From Bacteroidales bacterium (GTDB taxonomy: Bacteria; Bacteroidota; Bacteroidia; Bacteroidales; P3), in assembly GCA_036655775.1 (NCBI GenBank), contig JAVVPL010000001.1, forward strand, positions 30,939-94,938: a stretch of 64,000 nt of DNA. Direction: 5' to 3'. Both the position numbers and the translations under genes were made by a program. Below, piece after piece: positions 59,729 through 64,000 of the stretch. The notes beneath the pieces are model-generated. The model ran no database searches and had not been told where the DNA came from. It saw only the letters and a program-made list of their open reading frames with translations. Within the stretch, counting starts at the first letter, position 1; each line of letters starts with the position of its first letter.

Positions 59729-59875
59729 TTTTTGTTTTTTTTAAATTGTTTACATTCGCTAATATCAATTGCGAAGTAGCTCTAGATATGAAAATGCTTT
59801 CAGTGTCTGAGGTCTCCGCAATTTGGATACTAAACAAGTTTTGTTTATTTTGAGAGTACTCCCAAAATATATTGT

Positions 59876-60262
59876 CTAACGTTTACTAAATTGGAAACGT
59901 TTACGTGCTTTTGGACGACCTGGTTTTTTACGTTCAACCATACGTGGATCACGGGTAAGAAGGCCTTTTACTTTCAATGCAGGACGATGCGTAGGATCGA
60001 GTTCGATCATTGCACGAGCAATACCTAAACGCAAAGCCTCAGCTTGTCCTTTGATACCACCTCCATCAAGATTTGCTTTCACATCGAATTGCCCTTGAAG
60101 ACCAATTATTTCAAATGCTTGTTGTACGACGTATTGGAGCATGGGTGTAGGGAAGTATTCTTTGTAATCTCTTCCGTTTACAGTGATATTTCCATTACCT
60201 GCACTTATGTATACACGGGCAACAGCGGTTTTTCTTCTACCTAAGGTGTTTATAACTTCCAT
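59876..60262 (-). CDS. rpsI: 30S ribosomal protein S9
   Basis: 128 aa with [10 protein letters not shown] and a C-terminal ..[11 protein letters not shown]. Confidence 0.95.
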   Translation of the reverse strand: MEVINTLGRRKTAVARVYISAGNGNITVNGRDYKEYFPTPMLQYVVQQAFEIIGLQGQFDVKANLDGGGIKGQAEALRLGIARAMIELDPTHRPALKVKGLLTRDPRMVERKKPGRPKARKRFQFSKR

Positions 60263-60265
60263 TTT

Positions 60266-60721
60266 TTATTTTAATTCTTTAACATTAACATTGGTTGGAT
60301 TTTGCGCTGCATGAGGATGTTCTGTTCCAGCATATACATGCAAATTGCGAAACAAAGCGTCTCCAAGACGATTTTTAGGCAACATCCCTTTTACTGCATG
60401 TTCTATCACAAAATTAGGTTTGCGAATAAACATCTCTCTAGGAGTTGCGAAACGTTGTCCGCCAGGATAACCCGTATGACGAACATACTCTTTATCTGTG
60501 GTTTTGTTTCCTGTGAAACGCACTTTTTCGGCATTAATCACAACCACATAATCTCCACAATCTACGTGAGGTGTAAAGTTGGTTTTATACTTTCCTCTAA
60601 GTAAATTAGCAACTTCGGATGCTAAACGACCAAGATTTTGATTCTCTGCATCTACCAACACCCAATTTTTAGTGGCTGTCTCTTTGTTGGCGGATACGGT
60701 TTTGTAGCTTAAGGTATTCAT
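60266..60721 (-). CDS. rplM: 50S ribosomal protein L13
   Basis: 151 aa with [16 protein letters not shown] and an L13 core. Confidence 0.95.
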   Translation of the reverse strand: MNTLSYKTVSANKETATKNWVLVDAENQNLGRLASEVANLLRGKYKTNFTPHVDCGDYVVVINAEKVRFTGNKTTDKEYVRHTGYPGGQRFATPREMFIRKPNFVIEHAVKGMLPKNRLGDALFRNLHVYAGTEHPHAAQNPTNVNVKELK

Positions 60722-60775
60722 TTTTAATAAAATTTTTCTGTACTATATTCCCACTTCGCTTCGGAAAATGGAGTG

Positions 60776-60807
60776 CAAAATTACAATTTATTTTTTTTAT
60801 TAACAAA
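60776..60807 (-). promoter_or_regulatory. promoter TTTG-N20-TAATTTTG upstream of rplM-rpsI
   Basis: Both the -33 (60807-60804) and -7 (60783-60776) elements are present. The ATG lies 54 nt downstream. Confidence 0.65.
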
Positions 60808-60879
60808 TTTATAATGAAATATTTTGTTATTTCCTGTAAAACGCTTGTGTTTAAGGGCTTATTTATTGGGGTATCAAAA

Positions 60880-62595
60880 CTAGTTTTCAACAGTTTTGTC
60901 ATTCATTTTTTGTATCAAGAATGTGGAGCGTGTGACCGCTTCTTCTAAATCTGGGAAAATATTTGTAGCCCCTATATGTTTATATAAAATATGTGATTTT
61001 AAATCTTCCATCACATTGGTATTGACTCTTGCTAAAATTGTAATCACTTTTTCATTTTGACATTTTTTGAAAAAACTATACATATTTTGTAAACCTGTGG
61101 CATCCATAAAAGGGACTAAAGCCATATCTATAATACGAACTTTGGGCGCTTTACGAACCAATTTATGCGCTTCTTCAAATTTATTGGCCACTCCAAAAAA
61201 GAAAGGTCCATTAATTCTAAATATTTCTACGCCATTTGGTAAGGTACTATTATCGTGAAGGTCTCCATCTTCGGTCAAGGTGGTATTCGTAAATATTTGA
61301 ACTTCGGAAGTCTTTGAAATTCGACGTACAAACAAAAATAAAGCAAGCACAAGTCCTACTTCTATGGCCAAAGTAATATCAAATATAACGGTCAACAAAA
61401 AAGTGGCCAACAGCACTACTACTTCTGAACGCGAATTTCTAAACAGTCCACGAAATGAACGCCATTCACTCATGTTATACGATACCACAACCAATATTCC
61501 TGCCAAGCAAGGCATCGGTATCATTTTGGCATATTGCCCAAAAGCTAATAAGAGAATAAGAAGTGTTACCGCATGAACCATTCCTGCCACAGGGGTACGT
61601 CCTCCATTTTTAATATTGGTCATCGACCGTGCAACAGCTCCTGCTGCAGGCATACCTCCAAAAAGTCCACATCCTATATTGGCAAAGCCTTCGGCAATAA
61701 GTTCTGTATTTGAACGGTGCTTTCCTCCTATCACTCCATCGGTAACCATGGCCGAAAGTAATGATTCTATGGCACAAAGCATAGCCACCGTAAAAGCTAT
61801 GGGCAAAAGATCTCGAATTGCATCATACGTGGCCGAGGGGAATTTAGGAGAAGACATTTGTAATTCAATCTCTCCAAAACGAGAGCCTATGGTTTCGACT
61901 GGCAAATTGAATATTTGCACCGCTACGGTAGTTAAAATAATGGCAATTAAAGCCGCAGGGATCGTTCTATTGATTCGTGTCCATAAAAAGCTTAGTATAA
62001 CCGTAGCTAAAGCTATACCCGTAGCATAAAAATTGATACTCTCAAAGTGCATAAAATAACTATACCATTTTTCATGAAAAGTAAGAGGCACATTTCCCAT
62101 ATCCAATCCAAAAAAATCTTTGATCTGTGTGGAGAAGATAACTACTGCCATCCCACTAGTAAAACCAACCACCACAGGATAAGGCATAAATTTAATAACA
62201 TCGCCAAGTTTTAGTAGACCCATAAAAATGAGCATAATTCCCGCCAATATAGTTACAATCACAAGGCCACTCATACCGTAGGAGGCAACTACCCCCGATA
62301 CTACCAATATAAAAGAACCCGCAGGTCCACCTATCTGCACTCTACTTCCACCCAAAAAAGCAATTAAAAAACCACCAACTATGGCTGTGATTAAACCTAC
62401 TTCAGGAGTAACGCCAGAGGCAATACCAAAAGCAATAGACATCGGAAGGGCCACCACACACATAATAACACCTGCAAGCAAATCTTTTACAAACAGCTTT
62501 TTATTATAGGTTTTAATGGTCGTGAAAAATTTAGGATAAAAAATTTCCTCCGAAAAAATAGAAGACAGAAATGAAGGAAGTACGGGACGTTGCAT
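60880..62595 (-). CDS. SulP family inorganic anion transporter with C-terminal STAS domain
   Basis: The ORF is open to 62664, but a TACTTTTG box (62619-62612) lies inside that extension. ATG 62595 (MQRPVLPSF..) is therefore preferred. SulP TM core plus STAS. Confidence 0.88.
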   Translation of the reverse strand: MQRPVLPSFLSSIFSEEIFYPKFFTTIKTYNKKLFVKDLLAGVIMCVVALPMSIAFGIASGVTPEVGLITAIVGGFLIAFLGGSRVQIGGPAGSFILVVSGVVASYGMSGLVIVTILAGIMLIFMGLLKLGDVIKFMPYPVVVGFTSGMAVVIFSTQIKDFFGLDMGNVPLTFHEKWYSYFMHFESINFYATGIALATVILSFLWTRINRTIPAALIAIILTTVAVQIFNLPVETIGSRFGEIELQMSSPKFPSATYDAIRDLLPIAFTVAMLCAIESLLSAMVTDGVIGGKHRSNTELIAEGFANIGCGLFGGMPAAGAVARSMTNIKNGGRTPVAGMVHAVTLLILLLAFGQYAKMIPMPCLAGILVVVSYNMSEWRSFRGLFRNSRSEVVVLLATFLLTVIFDITLAIEVGLVLALFLFVRRISKTSEVQIFTNTTLTEDGDLHDNSTLPNGVEIFRINGPFFFGVANKFEEAHKLVRKAPKVRIIDMALVPFMDATGLQNMYSFFKKCQNEKVITILARVNTNVMEDLKSHILYKHIGATNIFPDLEEAVTRSTFLIQKMNDKTVEN

Positions 62596-62611
62596 TTGTA
62601 TGTTTTTTTTG

Positions 62612-62619
62612 CAAAAGTA
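62612..62619 (-). promoter_or_regulatory. -7 box TACTTTTG upstream of the SulP gene
   Basis: Exact TAnnTTTG, 16 nt before ATG 62595 and downstream of the alternative ATG 62664. Confidence 0.55.
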
Positions 62620-62653
62620 CGTAAAAATAACAAATATATTCCCGAATATTGTG

Positions 62654-62661
62654 TAATTTTG
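62654..62661 (+). promoter_or_regulatory. -7 box TAATTTTG upstream of the GldA-like ABC ATPase gene
   Basis: Exact TAnnTTTG, 20 nt before the ATG. Confidence 0.55.
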
Positions 62662-62681
62662 CATTTTAATATGTAATTTAT

Positions 62682-63380
62682 ATGTCTATTCAAGTACGTT
62701 CTCTCAGTAAATTTTATGGATCGCAAAAAGCACTTGATGAAGTGTCTTTGGATATTTCCGAAGGAGAAATTGTAGGCTTATTGGGCCCCAATGGAGCGGG
62801 AAAATCTACTTTGATGAAAATCCTTACTGGCTACATATCGCCCTCTTTAGGAAGTGCAAAAGTATGCAATTTTGAGGTGGAGACCCAGTCGTTAGAAGTT
62901 CGCAAACGTGTGGGATACTTACAAGAACACAATCCTCTTTATTTGGAAATGTACGTACGAGAATATTTAGAATATGTGGCAGGACTCTATACAAACATAG
63001 AAAATATTTCCACCGCGGTTGCCGCTGTAATTGAACAAGTTGATTTAGGCAAAGAAGCACATAAAAAAATAGGTGCATTATCTAAGGGATTTCGTCAAAG
63101 AGTAGGCCTAGCACAAGCCCTTATCCATAATCCAGCCGTGTTGATTTTGGACGAACCAACTTCTGGTTTAGACCCCAATCAATTGGAAGATGTACGTGAC
63201 CTTATTCGTGAAATTAGTAAGAATAAAACTATTCTTTTTTCCACACATATCATGCAAGAAGTGGAAGCACTTTGTAGCAGAGCACTTATTTTGAACCAAG
63301 GAAAATTAGTGGCTAATTTGGCTGCAGATGAACTAGAGGCCAAACATGTTTCTGCCATTTTCCATACACTCACCACATAG
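62682..63380 (+). CDS. ABC transporter ATP-binding protein, GldA-like
   Basis: 232 aa. Walker A GPNGAGKST, LSKGFRQRV signature, Walker B LILDEPTSGLD. From memory, blocks (KVC, MYVREYLE, HKKIG.LSKG, STHIMQEVEA) resemble gliding-motility GldA. Confidence 0.85.
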   Translation: MSIQVRSLSKFYGSQKALDEVSLDISEGEIVGLLGPNGAGKSTLMKILTGYISPSLGSAKVCNFEVETQSLEVRKRVGYLQEHNPLYLEMYVREYLEYVAGLYTNIENISTAVAAVIEQVDLGKEAHKKIGALSKGFRQRVGLAQALIHNPAVLILDEPTSGLDPNQLEDVRDLIREISKNKTILFSTHIMQEVEALCSRALILNQGKLVANLAADELEAKHVSAIFHTLTT

Positions 63381-63382
63381 GC

Positions 63383-64000
63383 ATGATTCAAGAAGAGCTG
63401 AAAATAATTCAAGAAGACGTAGTGGTTCACGATACCGTTCGCATAGTTGAACATGCGGCCGATATCTATGATATGGCGTATGGATTGTCAAATGCAAACG
63501 CTGCACCCTATTTTGAAGTCAGCAATTATAATATTGTCAAATATAATGAATTTACCAAACCTTCTCTTTTTAAAAATCACACACTTTGTGTACGAGATCA
63601 ATCTTTAACTCCTCAAAAAAATAAAATACAACAAGATTCGCTCTCTGGTATGTTTTTATTTTATGGCTTACTTTTCTTTGCTCTACTTTTTTATAAAAAC
63701 TCAAATAACCTACGTAATTTGAGTTTATCCTTATTTAATATTCGGCATTTTTTTAGCAAAGGCAAAGAAAAATTTTGGGTAACTGGAATTACTCAATTTC
63801 TCTTTATAGCTTTAATTCTTTGTTTTTATAGTTTACTTGTTTTTCAAGCCCGTTTTTTACCCATTTGGGATTCGAGTCTATTGCAATCACCTTCGATATC
63901 AAATCCATTGCAACTATTCAAATATTGCCTTTTATTTACTACCGTTTTTCTTTTGATAAAATATGTATTAATTAAAATTATTGCCTTTATTTTTAAAACG
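63383..64000 (+). CDS. DUF4271-like polytopic membrane protein (3' end beyond window)
   Basis: ATG at 63383 with 206 codons open to the window edge. I translated it by eye: MIQEELKII... followed by several hydrophobic helices. It is absent from the ORF track because no stop codon lies in the window. Confidence 0.6.
   Translation, partial: MIQEELKIIQEDVVVHDTVRIVEHAADIYDMAYGLSNANAAPYFEVSNYNIVKYNEFTKPSLFKNHTLCVRDQSLTPQKNKIQQDSLSGMFLFYGLLFFALLFYKNSNNLRNLSLSLFNIRHFFSKGKEKFWVTGITQFLFIALILCFYSLLVFQARFLPIWDSSLLQSPSISNPLQLFKYCLLFTTVFLLIKYVLIKIIAFIFKT

Noticed and set aside
62596-62664. 23-codon N-terminal extension of the SulP ORF (MQNYTIFGNIF..)
   Set aside because: The TACTTTTG -7 box for this gene lies inside the extension. 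In addition, the extension overlaps the divergent promoter region of the ABC ATPase gene.
1-64000. CRISPR arrays, IS elements or transposases, integrases, prophage genes, toxin-antitoxin pairs, or known defence systems
   Set aside because: None was recognised on either strand. Every ORF longer than about 100 aa that is not a shadow ORF has a housekeeping, envelope or secreted-protein assignment, and the intergenic gaps are too short to hide such elements.

Overview
This is an AT-rich (about 35-40% GC by eye), very gene-dense chromosomal segment from a Bacteroidota bacterium. Three things support that assignment: T9SS type A and type B (CHU_C) C-terminal sorting domains, the DUF4290-murA pairing with a GldA-like ABC ATPase, and TAnnTTTG -7 promoter boxes in most intergenic gaps. 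I call 49 CDS (the last runs off the right edge), one tRNA-Ser(GGA), eight intrinsic terminators and 19 candidate promoters. I saw no rRNA, CRISPR array, transposase, integrase, phage genes or recognisable defence genes. The content is mostly core housekeeping. Translation and RNA genes are alaS, tgt, tilS, rimP-nusA-infB, glyQS, ettA and rplM-rpsI-rpsB-tsf. Replication and envelope genes are priA, murA, an LptF/G permease, secG and two Omp85-type barrels. Metabolism genes are purL, glyA, tnaA, an asparaginase, an aminotransferase and a CN-hydrolase. Transport genes are ExbB-ExbD-ExbD, a PMCA-type Ca-ATPase, SulP and an ABC ATPase. Three secreted T9SS cargo proteins are also present. I do not find a convincing new multi-gene system, and the window looks like ordinary core genome. 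The best leads are small-scale. (1) A promoter-to-terminator unit sits directly in front of rimP-nusA-infB and could be an attenuator or an sRNA. (2) A 99-nt rod-like hairpin between tnaA and the CN-hydrolase gene pairs well only on the transcribed strand. (3) An Omp85-family lipoprotein has an ideal signal peptide only if translation starts at a non-canonical ATC codon. (4) An arginase-fold protein lacks half of its metal ligands. (5) There are several micro-duplications and apparently leaderless genes. All product calls rest on motif recognition by eye, with no database search.
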